DNA from: a virus | Taxonomy: Duplodnaviria > Caudoviricetes | Virus record (IMG/VR): IMGVR_UViG_3300028883_000508 | Coordinates: 1 to 62,645 of that record | Length of the DNA: 62,645 nucleotides | Direction: 5' to 3' (one strand) | In this document: positions 1 to 9,888 of the stretch, in pieces | Position numbering within the stretch: position 1 is the stretch's first letter | How the letters are laid out: each line of letters begins with the position of its first letter | Made by a program: the position numbers and the translations under genes | The notes under the pieces: generated by a model | What the model was told of the DNA's origin: nothing | What the model saw: the letters and a program-made list of their open reading frames with translations, nothing else | The model's database searches: none

Positions 1-1257
1 AATGATATCTTTAATTTCATTTGCTTTTTTATCTGTAATAACTAAATCTTCAAAAAATGGATTTGATTTTTTAACATATAGATAAAGTTTTAATTTTCTA
101 ACAAGGTCATTTGTAAGAAAATTATTGATAAACATCCAATCATTATGAGTTCTCAAAACTTTGAACATTTTTTCCATACCTTTATTGGATTTATCATCAA
201 ATTTAATTTTATCTTCATGGTTTTCAATTTCTTTCCAAGAATCACCATGTTTACCTGTATTCCATCTTTTAACAATATCATTCCAAATTTCAAATCCAAC
301 TAAATATGGATTCATTGAATATGGATTTTTAGATTTTACAAGAGCATTTGAATAATTGCATTCAGAATGTTCAGTGGCATTTAAATATCCTTCTCTAAAA
401 AGTTGTCTTAGAATTTTTTGATGCCAGAATGTAGCAAATCCTTCATTCATGTATTTTGTCTTGATATTAGGCCAAATATATTGCCCCCATGATCTAATAA
501 TTTCAAGTATATCTTTTTGCCAATCAGATAATACTCTACTATGATCTATAATATATCTTAAAATATCTTCTGTTGGTTGAACAGGTGTTCTATTTTTTAA
601 AGTTATATATAATCTTTGATTCCATTGTTCTCTATCAATATCAGCTTTATAATCTTCTTCAAATAAATCACTAAATTGAGTATCTTTTTTATCATGTTTT
701 ACTTTTTTCATTCTTTCAAATATTCTTTTAAGTTTTTCATCTTCAGTTTCTTCTTTCAACCAAGGATTAGAATGAAGCATAAGAGCATGACCAGCATCAA
801 CAGTTCTTTCAACCAAATCAATCCCATATTTTCTTTCATATTCTTCAAATCTTTGGGATGCATTAGCTAATCTACTTGCTATATTTTCATCATTCTCAAC
901 ATGATATTTATTCATTCTGAAAAAAGCAACATGCCCTACAACATGAGCAATAATCAAGGCTTGTAAAGAAAGTGTATTATCTTTCATAAGATATGCTCTT
1001 GCAGGAACAGTATTTACTACTACTTCATAAGGCAAACCAACACCAGCTTTTTCATAAATGGTTCTCGTTCTTTCATAATCCCTTCCATATTTCCAATTTG
1101 AAATTTGTCCAGGCATTCCATATGCCATAATTTCAAACATTTTTTCAGAAGGAACAATGTCAAATTCTATATCACAAAAATCAAGACCTTTTTCTTTTGC
1201 AATTTCATAAATACGAGTTTCTATTTTCTTTAATCTTTTTAATTCATTGTTTCTCAT
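1..1257 (-). CDS. spoVR: SpoVR/YcgB family protein (3' end runs off the window; absent from the ORF track)
   Basis: ATG at 1257, hand translation MRNNELKRLKKIETRIYEIAKEKGLDFCDIEFDIV...YGMPGQISNWKYGRDYE...LPYEVVVN...AYLMKDNTLSLQALIIAHVVGHVAFF, typical SpoVR motifs; follows yeaH. Confidence 0.9.
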   Translation of the reverse strand, partial: MRNNELKRLKKIETRIYEIAKEKGLDFCDIEFDIVPSEKMFEIMAYGMPGQISNWKYGRDYERTRTIYEKAGVGLPYEVVVNTVPARAYLMKDNTLSLQALIIAHVVGHVAFFRMNKYHVENDENIASRLANASQRFEEYERKYGIDLVERTVDAGHALMLHSNPWLKEETEDEKLKRIFERMKKVKHDKKDTQFSDLFEEDYKADIDREQWNQRLYITLKNRTPVQPTEDILRYIIDHSRVLSDWQKDILEIIRSWGQYIWPNIKTKYMNEGFATFWHQKILRQLFREGYLNATEHSECNYSNALVKSKNPYSMNPYLVGFEIWNDIVKRWNTGKHGDSWKEIENHEDKIKFDDKSNKGMEKMFKVLRTHNDWMFINNFLTNDLVRKLKLYLYVKKSNPFFEDLVITDKKANEIKDII

Positions 1258-1258
1258 T

Positions 1259-2620
1259 TTATTTCCCTTCAGGTTTTATTCCTAGCATATGTTTAATACA
1301 AGGCCATATATGACTTTTATCTTTTATAACGGAAAGCAAAAATCTCAATTCTTCATTTATCCAATACTTTCCATCTTTACCTAAATCACTTTCCTGAAAA
1401 CTCCATTTTTTTCTAATTTCAGGAAGTAAAGTTGAATATCCATATTGATATGCTATTTGTTCATTTTCAAGATCAGTATCAGGTTTTACTTCAACATAAC
1501 TTAGCATATTAATTTTTTTAGCTAAACTATCTTCCATTGCTGAAATGGTTTCTTGTGGACCCCAATCTTCTCCATCAGAACAATAAATAGCATATATATT
1601 CCATTCATCTATAGGATATTCAGTATCAATCATATAATTCATTTTTTTGAATGCTGTAGCTGATACTGTTCCCCCTGTTTCTCCACCATAAAAAAAGGTT
1701 TCTTCATCTACTTCTAATGCTCTATCAGTATGTTGAATAAATCTAATTTCAACAGCTTCATATTGTTTTCTCAACCAAGATACCATCCAAAATAGAAGGG
1801 ATTTCATAAGATATTTTTTATCAGGAGTCATTGATCCTGAAACATCCATCAAAGCAAATATTACAGCTTTAGAACAAATCTCAATATCTTCTTCAATTTG
1901 TTTATATCTTAAATCATCATCATGAATAAGAAAGCCAATAGGTTCATTTCCATTTAATTCACCATCATTAATAATTCTAATTGCTTCTGTAATATCTCCT
2001 TTAGCTTGTTGTAATGCTTTAGCTGCTTTAACTTGAACTTCTTCAAAATCTTTATCATCTTTAAGGCATGTATTTGCAATTACTTCTTGAATAAAAAGAA
2101 CATGTCTTTTTATTGCTTCTTTCATAGTTCTTTTTTTATGTATTCTTGAATATACACCTTTTTTAGAAATGGATTCAAATTTCCATCCTTTAGGTATCTC
2201 AATGGAATTTTTTTTCTTTGGATCTAGCCAAGGCAAACCAAGATCTTCAAACATTACATCAAGTAGATAATCAATATCTACTTCAGTTTCCATATCACCA
2301 CCTTCACCATGCCCTTTTCCACCTGCTGAACCTTGTCCTGTTCCTGATTTTGGTCTTCTTCCGATAATATCACCTGTTTCACCATCACCTTGACCAATAC
2401 CACCCCCACCACCATCTGTATTTCCATGAATAAAACGATAGTCTTTAAGACCCTTTACAGGCACTCTAACTTTCTTTTTTCCATCAGTAGTAATAATTGA
2501 TTCATTGCCTATAACATTTCTTACATTTTTCTTTATAGCTTCTTCAATCTTTTTTTGATGCCTTGATGCATCTTTTTGTCCTTTTTTAATAGGCCAATCT
2601 GAATGATATACAATTGTCAT
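1259..2620 (-). CDS. yeaH: YeaH/YhbH (DUF444) vWA-domain protein
   Basis: KDASRHQKKI N-terminus, Gly-rich linker, DDDLRY, MIDAS MDVSGSM, ETGGT, SDGEDW; lies between prkA and spoVR. Confidence 0.92.
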   Translation of the reverse strand: MTIVYHSDWPIKKGQKDASRHQKKIEEAIKKNVRNVIGNESIITTDGKKKVRVPVKGLKDYRFIHGNTDGGGGGIGQGDGETGDIIGRRPKSGTGQGSAGGKGHGEGGDMETEVDIDYLLDVMFEDLGLPWLDPKKKNSIEIPKGWKFESISKKGVYSRIHKKRTMKEAIKRHVLFIQEVIANTCLKDDKDFEEVQVKAAKALQQAKGDITEAIRIINDGELNGNEPIGFLIHDDDLRYKQIEEDIEICSKAVIFALMDVSGSMTPDKKYLMKSLLFWMVSWLRKQYEAVEIRFIQHTDRALEVDEETFFYGGETGGTVSATAFKKMNYMIDTEYPIDEWNIYAIYCSDGEDWGPQETISAMEDSLAKKINMLSYVEVKPDTDLENEQIAYQYGYSTLLPEIRKKWSFQESDLGKDGKYWINEELRFLLSVIKDKSHIWPCIKHMLGIKPEGK

Positions 2621-2643
2621 GTTTTATACCCTTTTATTTTGTG

Positions 2644-2692
2644 TCGATAGTTATTATTCATGGTCATAGAGCTATCGAAAGTGCCATGAACA
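2644..2692 (-). other. Predicted H-type RNA pseudoknot between prkA and yeaH
   Basis: Interleaved inverted repeats TCGATAG 2644-2650/CTATCGA 2672-2678 and TTCATGG 2657-2663/CCATGAA 2684-2690. Confidence 0.45.
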
Positions 2693-2712
2693 CTATTATA
2701 TAATTTAATTTA

Positions 2713-4701
2713 TTAACTTTCCCTTCTAAGTACTTCTCCGACAAACCCCAACAAAGCATTTGCACAATGTTGACAATATCCCTTTTTCTGTAAAGTTCTA
2801 AGAGCTTTTGTACGTCTTGATTTAGTTTTTGCATTAGTGGATACAGTATTTGCAATTGATAGAGTAACTACATTTTTAAGATCATTCATCAATTTCTTTT
2901 CAATTGCATCTTTCAAAGGCTTATATGTATCCCATTTCCATTCTTTTCCTTCTTCCAAACAATCAGCTTTATATACAAACACTCCTTTACGGAATTCACG
3001 TTTGGATTCATTGGGAACAGGAATAAGTTCTTCTACTGCTCTCATGATTTTTTCATCTGGATTACGATATTCGCCAGTAATGCTATCTAAAATAGTTTCA
3101 TCTTTACAAAATGCTTTACAATTAGTATCATACCGAATAAAAAGTTCATCGGCTTGATCATCAAATGCATGGACAAATGCTTTACTTACTTCTTTTTTTG
3201 CAAATTCTTTATATTCTGCTACAACTGAATCTTCTTTAGCTGTTAGCAATTCCATATAAGATTGATTGTCTTTTTCTTGTCCACCAATATGATGCTGAAA
3301 ATTATCTCTTAATGCTCTAATCATATCAAGTGCAGTAATACACCCTTGATATTTATCATCTCCTGTTTCTACTGATTCTTTTTGACCAAGAGCAATATTA
3401 ATTGCATTAGTAATGAATCTTGGAGAAATACCATGCATACACTCTCCATTTTCTCTACCTTCTTCTCTAATGATTTTAACATCTTTATCTTTTCCTTTGG
3501 TAAATTCTTCAAGATATTCATCATTATAGAGTTTCATCTTTTTGATCAAAGCAATCTTTTTGGAAGGATACAACCTTGTCAAAATTGCAAATTGAGCAGC
3601 AACTTCTAGTGTGCCAGGACTGATATGGATATTAGAAAATTCAGATTCGGCAATAAGTTTTTTGTAAATCTCAATTTCATCCTTAATAGTATCATTCCAA
3701 GGAACTTTAATATGATACATACGATCATGTAATGCTTCATTTGCAGGATCATTTCTGAATTTATCAAATTCAGTTTGATTCGTATGAGAAAGAATCAATT
3801 CATCCAAAGACATTTGTGGAAATCCAGGTGCTTTAATAACACCTTCTTGGGCAAGAGTGATTAATACATGATGGAATTTAATATCTGCTTTTAGGATTTC
3901 AATATATTCCACAACCCCTCTATTAGCAACTTGCAATTCACCATCAAATTGATATGCCCTTGGATCACTTTCTCCATACATATGCAACTTGGACATATTT
4001 ACTTTACCAATCAATTCCGTAATATCTTGAGACTTAGGATCAGATGGAGTAAAAGTACCAATGCCTGTTCTTTTTTGTTCAGACAATTTAATCATTTCGA
4101 CAGGAAGATCATGCCATCTTACAAATCCTTCTTGATCTGTAAAATCTTGGTCAAGAATAAATTGGCAATAAGGACAAAGATTTCCTTCTATTTTTACCCC
4201 CAATTTTTGATTCCATTCTTCTCTAAATTGTTCAGGAATGGCATGAAGTGGATCTTCATGAATTGGACAACCTTTAATTGCATAGATAGGAGTTTGATCA
4301 GTTTCCAATCCCCTTTTAATCAAAGTAGAAATTGTTGATTTGCCTGAAGAAACTGGACCCATCAACATCATGATACGTTTACCTGTTTCAGTTCTCCTTG
4401 CAGAAGCTTTAAGAAACTTCATCATATCATGAATTGCTTCATAACAACCAAAGATTTTTCCATCAAAGAATTTATACCTAACAAGATCTTCATACCCTTT
4501 GGTTTTTCGATTTTCAGGAACAGCTTCAATTCCACTTCTCATAATCATATTATAGATTCTTGCAGGTGCAAGCATAGCAATTTCAGGATGCTCTTGAATA
4601 ATCTGCATATAATCAATAATACTTCCATCCCATCTTGACGGACCCACTTCTTCTTGTTGTTTTAGAGCAATTTCTCTAAAATCCTCATTCATTAGAACCA
4701 T
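2713..4701 (-). CDS. prkA: PrkA/YeaG family AAA+ ATPase / serine protein kinase
   Basis: Walker A GPVSSGKST, CPIHEDPL, SDPKSQDITELIG, FDGELQVANRG, GYCQHCA C-terminus; ATG 4701 has GGAG upstream. Confidence 0.95.
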   Translation of the reverse strand: MVLMNEDFREIALKQQEEVGPSRWDGSIIDYMQIIQEHPEIAMLAPARIYNMIMRSGIEAVPENRKTKGYEDLVRYKFFDGKIFGCYEAIHDMMKFLKASARRTETGKRIMMLMGPVSSGKSTISTLIKRGLETDQTPIYAIKGCPIHEDPLHAIPEQFREEWNQKLGVKIEGNLCPYCQFILDQDFTDQEGFVRWHDLPVEMIKLSEQKRTGIGTFTPSDPKSQDITELIGKVNMSKLHMYGESDPRAYQFDGELQVANRGVVEYIEILKADIKFHHVLITLAQEGVIKAPGFPQMSLDELILSHTNQTEFDKFRNDPANEALHDRMYHIKVPWNDTIKDEIEIYKKLIAESEFSNIHISPGTLEVAAQFAILTRLYPSKKIALIKKMKLYNDEYLEEFTKGKDKDVKIIREEGRENGECMHGISPRFITNAINIALGQKESVETGDDKYQGCITALDMIRALRDNFQHHIGGQEKDNQSYMELLTAKEDSVVAEYKEFAKKEVSKAFVHAFDDQADELFIRYDTNCKAFCKDETILDSITGEYRNPDEKIMRAVEELIPVPNESKREFRKGVFVYKADCLEEGKEWKWDTYKPLKDAIEKKLMNDLKNVVTLSIANTVSTNAKTKSRRTKALRTLQKKGYCQHCANALLGFVGEVLRRES

Positions 4702-4712
4702 TTTTTCTCCTT

Positions 4713-5174
4713 TCACACATCTATTATTTGTTTTGGTTTTTTATCTTCTAACACTTTGAGTAAATCTTCTCTTGATGTTACAAGTACATTTGTTTGATTT
4801 GCTGGTCTTACTCCCCTTGCCTCTTTTATCTCAATTTCTTTAGCTTTTAATTGTACTAATGCCCTTCTAACTTCCATATAATCACCATAATTTTCATCCG
4901 ATATTATTTCTTTTGATGCTTGTGTCACAGAATTAATTATGGTACTTGCTACTTCTGCTAATCTTGCACTAAAATTTCCGTTATTCATTTCATGCTGAAT
5001 CTTTTCTAATAATTGATTAGCATTATATATGTTCTTTTTTAATGCATCAATGGCATTATCATAATCTATATTTGTTTCAAAGTCAACTATTTTTTCTTCA
5101 ATATCTCTATCTAAATTATCTGCATCAGAAAATATTTGATCTAAACCCCTTAAATCTAATTCATTTGTTGTCAT
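4713..5174 (-). CDS. Terminase small subunit, T4 gp16-like
   Basis: 153 aa helical protein; SARLAEVASTII and NQTNVLVTSREDLLKVL resemble the gp16 PRAxEV and NxxFVGSTxELxxLL motifs. Confidence 0.6.
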   Translation of the reverse strand: MTTNELDLRGLDQIFSDADNLDRDIEEKIVDFETNIDYDNAIDALKKNIYNANQLLEKIQHEMNNGNFSARLAEVASTIINSVTQASKEIISDENYGDYMEVRRALVQLKAKEIEIKEARGVRPANQTNVLVTSREDLLKVLEDKKPKQIIDV

Positions 5175-5259
5175 TATCGCTATATACCCCCCCTTTTTTT
5201 AAAAATACATATTCTATATATATTTAGCTCTTTTATCAGAAAAAAATTGAAAAGTCAAG

Positions 5260-5289
5260 TTAACAATTGATGTTTGAATGTGTTATAAT
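5260..5289 (+). promoter_or_regulatory. Promoter TTAACA-N18-TATAAT with TG extension
   Basis: TTAACA 5260-5265, TGT, TATAAT 5284-5289; same architecture at four other sites. Confidence 0.6.
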
Positions 5290-5318
5290 AGTTAAAAATT
5301 TAAAGGAGACTGAAATTT

Positions 5319-5915
5319 ATGAAAAATATTGATCATTATAGTGTAAATATAGAAAATCCTGAATCATGGGATCAATGGTTCTATAATATGTGCAAAACTG
5401 TTGCTTCAAATTCAAAATGTCTTTCAAGAAAAATTGGTGCTGTTATTGCATTAGGACATACAATAATATCAACGGGATACAACGGACCACCTAGAGGTGT
5501 TCGAACTTGTGATAAAAGATGGTTAGTAGATTTTGATATGAGAAAAAAAGCAGGATTTAACCAAGAAGTTAATGAATTGTATTTATTATATGAAAAAAAA
5601 TTAAAAGGTATTTGTCCAAGATATATCCCTGAAATGGGATTTAAATCAGGGCAAGGATTAGAATGGTGTGTAGCTGGTCATGCTGAACGTAATGCAATTG
5701 TAAATGCAGCAAGACATGGATTACATCAACTCAAAGGAACAAAAATTTATATGACTTGTGGAATTCCATGCACCCCTTGTTTAATTGAAATTATCAATTC
5801 TGGTATTGATGAAATTATTTGTGTTAAAAAGGATTCTTTTTATGATCAATCGGCAGCATATTTATTAAAAGAAAGTAATATAAAAGTTAGACAATATGAT
5901 TTTTTAGAGGATTAA
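5319..5915 (+). CDS. dCMP deaminase
   Basis: SKCLSRKIGAVI, STGYNGPP, HAERNAI, PCTPC zinc motifs. Confidence 0.93.
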   Translation: MKNIDHYSVNIENPESWDQWFYNMCKTVASNSKCLSRKIGAVIALGHTIISTGYNGPPRGVRTCDKRWLVDFDMRKKAGFNQEVNELYLLYEKKLKGICPRYIPEMGFKSGQGLEWCVAGHAERNAIVNAARHGLHQLKGTKIYMTCGIPCTPCLIEIINSGIDEIICVKKDSFYDQSAAYLLKESNIKVRQYDFLED

Positions 5916-5919
5916 TATT

Positions 5920-6294
5920 ATGGTAATTTGGATAACAGGCAGATCAAGTTCAGGTAAAACAGTATATTCTAAAAGATTAAAAAGATTATTTGAAGAATTT
6001 GGAAAAAAAGTCTTGCTTCTAGATGGAGATACTGTTAGAGAACAAATAGGAAATCAAAGTTATGAAGATGAAGATAGAGAAAAGCATATTATGGCTATAG
6101 CTGATTTTGCTGCTATTGCTGAAAGACAAGGATTTATTGTTATTATAGCTTTAGTGTCTCCTAAAAAAGAATGGAGAATGAAAGCAAGAAAGAAATTTGA
6201 AAAATCAATGTTAATTTATATGCCATGTGGTAAATTATGGGAAGGAACAGAATATGAAGAACCAGACCATGAAGAAATGATGGTGGAAGGATAA
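5920..6294 (+). CDS. cysC: Adenylylsulfate (APS) kinase-like protein, short form
   Basis: VIWITGRSSSGKT P-loop, LLDGDTVR, ALVSP, YEEP; shorter than canonical CysC. Confidence 0.75.
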   Translation: MVIWITGRSSSGKTVYSKRLKRLFEEFGKKVLLLDGDTVREQIGNQSYEDEDREKHIMAIADFAAIAERQGFIVIIALVSPKKEWRMKARKKFEKSMLIYMPCGKLWEGTEYEEPDHEEMMVEG

Positions 6295-6297
6295 TAT

Positions 6298-6684
6298 ATG
6301 AGCAAAAAAGTTATTGATTTAGATAAAAATGAAAGAAATATAATAGAAGAACAATTAGAAAGTATTTCTACTTCTTTAGGTATGGATTCATATGAATCTT
6401 ATGGAAATGAAAGTAATAGTGTACTTAAAGATTTGATAGGAATGTGCTATAATTGTAAAAATCTATATTATTGTAAGACTGAATTTAGTAATGTATATGC
6501 TTATTGTAGCATATTTGAATTTAAATTAAGTGGACAAAATAGAATTACTGAATGTAATTTACATTCTCCAAAAAATGTATTGACTTTACAAGAAATGTAT
6601 TCTATGGCATATCTTATTGATCCAGCAGAAGAAAAAATAGAAGGATTTATTTCTAATAATCCTAAATTGAGGAATAAAAAATAA
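6298..6684 (+). CDS. Hypothetical Cys-containing protein
   Basis: 128 aa ORF in operon; CYNC and further Cys. Confidence 0.7.
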   Translation: MSKKVIDLDKNERNIIEEQLESISTSLGMDSYESYGNESNSVLKDLIGMCYNCKNLYYCKTEFSNVYAYCSIFEFKLSGQNRITECNLHSPKNVLTLQEMYSMAYLIDPAEEKIEGFISNNPKLRNKK

Positions 6685-6704
6685 ATAAAAAAAGGAAAAT
6701 AATA

Positions 6705-7013
6705 ATGGGAAAGGGAATTGAGGCATTAAAATTGATTCAAGAGAAAATGGGAAATACATCTTTATCTGTTGATGAAAACAGATATATAAAAGTATTTTTT
6801 GAACTAATGAAAAATATAGATAGTACTTTACATTATGAAGGTATAGAATATTCAATAGGTAATTTGGAAAGATATAGAAAGTTAACCAAATATATTTTTT
6901 GGTGTATACATGATAGTCTTTATTATAATATAAATCATGCTTTAAAATCTCTTGAAAAAAGCAAGTTAAAAATAGAAACAGAAACAAAATTATTGGAATG
7001 TATTGATGATTAA
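6705..7013 (+). CDS. Hypothetical protein
   Basis: 102 aa ORF with AAGGA upstream. Confidence 0.65.
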   Translation: MGKGIEALKLIQEKMGNTSLSVDENRYIKVFFELMKNIDSTLHYEGIEYSIGNLERYRKLTKYIFWCIHDSLYYNINHALKSLEKSKLKIETETKLLECIDD

Positions 7014-7033
7014 AGAATAAGCAATGAAGCTAT

Positions 7034-7072
7034 AAAAAAAGGGAAGTGCCTAAACACTTCCCTTTATTTTTT
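7034..7072. terminator. Bidirectional intrinsic terminator
   Basis: AAAGGGAAGTG-cctaaa-CACTTCCCTTT flanked by A and T runs, between convergent genes. Confidence 0.85.
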
Positions 7073-7085
7073 AACTATTTACTAA

Positions 7086-8321
7086 TTACTGTGGCAGATT
7101 AGACAACTGAACTAGTTGATAATACTCTCTCGCACCGAATAAGTGGTTGTGAATTGCATATCTACTCATTAATCCCACTGTTGGATGGAATGAATTTTCA
7201 AATACTGCTCTACTTGCTAACAACTGAATGTAAGGCAAGTAAATAACACCCGTATCATATTCTGATGGTCCCTTATAACCAACAATTAATTGATCTCTAC
7301 TCTCAAAGGTATCTCTATAAACAACAAGTCTACCATCAAGTGAACCAATTCTACTGACACCAGTAGGTTGAGTGGTTACATCACCAGGAACAGGAGCAAT
7401 AGCAAAAGCCGCTAGAGTTTCTAGAATAGCAACAGCTCTTGGATTACCAACAATCCAATTACCTGAACCACGTCTAGTATTGATAGCAATGTCTTGGGTT
7501 CTTCTGATGATATGGTGATATAGTTCTCTATATCTTTCCATTTCCCATCTACCCTTAACACCTTGAGCACTTGCCAAGAAATCCCATGTAGTATCATAAC
7601 CACTAACACCCCTTACGGTAGCATCAATAGCTGCAATAAGTTCACGGTCAATTTCTTGGGTAATTTCATACGCAAGAATGTCCATCATTTCTTCCTCTAG
7701 ATTCAAACCATGCATAGCTTTCAAATCTTGAGCAATTTCTAATGACCATCTACTTCTCAATTTTCTAGTTTTAGCTTCTACTTGAGTTTTTTCAACTGTC
7801 AGGTTGACTTCTCTGATATGAGTACCAGCACCAATTCCAAGTCCGATATCATTACCTACACCACTACCTGATTTTGAGCCTAAAGCTTCACCAGCAGATG
7901 TAATATAAGATCCTGAATAACTTGAATCAATGTTATTGTATCCCAATTCAGTACTATTAGCAGTATAAGTTCCAGCAGATGTTCCTGCTCTAAATCTCAA
8001 GGCAAAAGCAAGTCCAACTGGCCCTGTCAATGGTTGAACACCAACTAACTGATGTGCTACCAATTCAGGGAAAGTTCTTCTGACCATAGGTACTGCAATT
8101 TTATGAAACATACCTGAAGTTGGATAAGTAGCACCATCAATACCTCTACCATCACCTGCTCCAAGAGAATCTGCTCCTTGACCCCAACCTGTAGTTTCCA
8201 TTAAGAAATTATGTTGGTTTTCAAGCATTATTGCAGTAGACTTTCTAACTCTGTCAGATTCGATCTCTCTACCTTCTTTGAGAACAGCATCCCACTTTTT
8301 AACTAAGTCTCTAATATTCAT
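7086..8321 (-). CDS. gp23: Major capsid protein, T4 gp23-like
   Basis: LVGVQPLTGPVGLAFALR, VEAKTRKLRSRWSLEIAQDLKAMHG, VGYKG, YLPY, GLMSRY. Confidence 0.97.
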   Translation of the reverse strand: MNIRDLVKKWDAVLKEGREIESDRVRKSTAIMLENQHNFLMETTGWGQGADSLGAGDGRGIDGATYPTSGMFHKIAVPMVRRTFPELVAHQLVGVQPLTGPVGLAFALRFRAGTSAGTYTANSTELGYNNIDSSYSGSYITSAGEALGSKSGSGVGNDIGLGIGAGTHIREVNLTVEKTQVEAKTRKLRSRWSLEIAQDLKAMHGLNLEEEMMDILAYEITQEIDRELIAAIDATVRGVSGYDTTWDFLASAQGVKGRWEMERYRELYHHIIRRTQDIAINTRRGSGNWIVGNPRAVAILETLAAFAIAPVPGDVTTQPTGVSRIGSLDGRLVVYRDTFESRDQLIVGYKGPSEYDTGVIYLPYIQLLASRAVFENSFHPTVGLMSRYAIHNHLFGAREYYQLVQLSNLPQ

Positions 8322-8365
8322 AAGTCTTCCCTCCTGTTTTTTTTGTACTTCAAAACAGTTTTAAA

Positions 8366-9175
8366 TTACATTTTATTTTCTTTCAAAACTGTAAGATATC
8401 TGTTTAAATAAGCATCAAAAGGACCAGTATCTTCATCAAGATCTTCATCTTCTTCATTTAATACTTTTCCTTTACCATGTTTTTCAGATTCATCTTTTTT
8501 ATCATCTTTCTTTTTCTTTTTCTTTTTATCATTGTCTTCATCATCATCATCGTCTTCGTCTTCGTCTTCATCATCATTTTCTTTATAAGCCTCAACAATG
8601 AAGTCAAATTTTTTGTCGATTTCATTTCTGTCTTTAACACCTTCCAACATTTGCATAACATGAGTAGATTGTTCAGTAGTCAATCCATCACATTTCTTAT
8701 ACAAATAAAGTTCAGCAGCTAAATCTTGAGCATCACCAGTGACCTCAAGTTTATCAGAAATTGATTCATCCAATTTTGATCTTAGATTTTGAATTTCAGT
8801 TTTAGCTTCTTTCAATAAAGCTTTTACTTCTTCATCCAATAATCCTTCATCAACACCAAGTCTAACTTTGAATTGCTCAATCAGATCAGAGTAAAGTTCA
8901 CCCTTTCTTGCATACTCAAGAACTTTTTCAGGAATTTGCATTTGCTCATCAAGAATCTCATCCACAAAATTTGAAAATTTTGAGGTTATATCTTCTTTGT
9001 AGGCATCAAACTTTTCCTCATATTGTTCAATGAGCTTATCCTTCTCTGTTTGTAGTAATTCATCTACTGCTTCTTTGGCTTTCAATTCAATTAGAGTTTC
9101 CAATTTTTCTTTGATTGAATTTTGTTCCTTTTCTTCTAATTTTTGAACACCAAGCATTTCAAGAAGTTTATCCAT
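8366..9175 (-). CDS. gp22: Prohead core scaffold protein, gp22-like
   Basis: Acidic coiled-coil protein directly upstream of the capsid gene; C-terminal DAYL motif. Confidence 0.8.
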   Translation of the reverse strand: MDKLLEMLGVQKLEEKEQNSIKEKLETLIELKAKEAVDELLQTEKDKLIEQYEEKFDAYKEDITSKFSNFVDEILDEQMQIPEKVLEYARKGELYSDLIEQFKVRLGVDEGLLDEEVKALLKEAKTEIQNLRSKLDESISDKLEVTGDAQDLAAELYLYKKCDGLTTEQSTHVMQMLEGVKDRNEIDKKFDFIVEAYKENDDEDEDEDDDDDEDNDKKKKKKKDDKKDESEKHGKGKVLNEEDEDLDEDTGPFDAYLNRYLTVLKENKM

Positions 9176-9208
9176 AAGCTTATCCTCCTATACTATTTTC
9201 TATACATA

Positions 9209-9216
9209 TATTTATA
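9209..9216 (-). promoter_or_regulatory. T4-type late promoter TATAAATA
   Basis: Exact TATAAATA 33 nt upstream of the scaffold gene. Confidence 0.6.
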
Positions 9217-9234
9217 ATAAATAGTTGAAATGTA

Positions 9235-9286
9235 TAAAAAAAGCCCAAAAGTGTGATATACACACACTTTTAGGCTCTATTTTTTT
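9235..9286 (-). terminator. Intrinsic terminator
   Basis: AGCCTAAAAGTGTG/CACACTTTTGGGCT stem followed by a T run on the minus strand. Confidence 0.75.
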
Positions 9287-9304
9287 ATATTATATTTTTA
9301 TATT

Positions 9305-9886
9305 TTAAGTTCTTGTCATAAATACTTTCTTCAAATTTCCTCTTGAAATTAATTCTTGACCTAAAAGTTCTCTGTATATATCATTCAATTGAGCAGTACC
9401 ATAATTTTTTACAAACATATTAGCCTCAGAACCTAATTTATGTTTCTTTTTTATTTTTTCTATATCTTTTTTCATTTGAGGTATTTGTATTTTCATTACA
9501 AAATCATGTACAGCAATTCTCAAATCTTTAAATACAATATCAGCTATAGCAGAATCATCTATAAAATCTTCTACACTACCTTCATCAAGATCTTTTGATT
9601 CTTTAAATACTTTTTGTGATTGAGTAGCAGATATATTTGGGTTTTTTCCTTTAGCAATTTTCTCAACATATTGTATAACTTCTTTAGGTGGGTTTTTTAT
9701 ATAATATTTTATTTTACGATTTTGATCAATATGAGCTATTTTTTCATAATCACCATGAACTTCTTTGGCACGATTCCATACAGATATACCATTACCCATA
9801 TGCCCAGAACCAAGATCAAATTTTTTCTTTCTTTCAAGAATAGAATTTTCATATGCTTCTAGAATTTTTTCATTTATTTCATCCAT
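9305..9886 (-). CDS. Putative internal head protein
   Basis: In head module; leader NEKILEAYENSILE with candidate gp21 I/L-x-E sites. Confidence 0.5.
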   Translation of the reverse strand: MDEINEKILEAYENSILERKKKFDLGSGHMGNGISVWNRAKEVHGDYEKIAHIDQNRKIKYYIKNPPKEVIQYVEKIAKGKNPNISATQSQKVFKESKDLDEGSVEDFIDDSAIADIVFKDLRIAVHDFVMKIQIPQMKKDIEKIKKKHKLGSEANMFVKNYGTAQLNDIYRELLGQELISRGNLKKVFMTRT

Positions 9887-9888
9887 TA

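Noticed and set aside
2644-2692. HDV-like/theta ribozyme
   Set aside because: Only 8 nt where P3/L3 would be needed, and no P4 or J4/2
161-4638. Plus-strand ORFs opposite spoVR, yeaH and prkA, and similar F/I/L-rich antisense ORFs elsewhere
   Set aside because: Shadows of well-supported genes, without RBS or motifs
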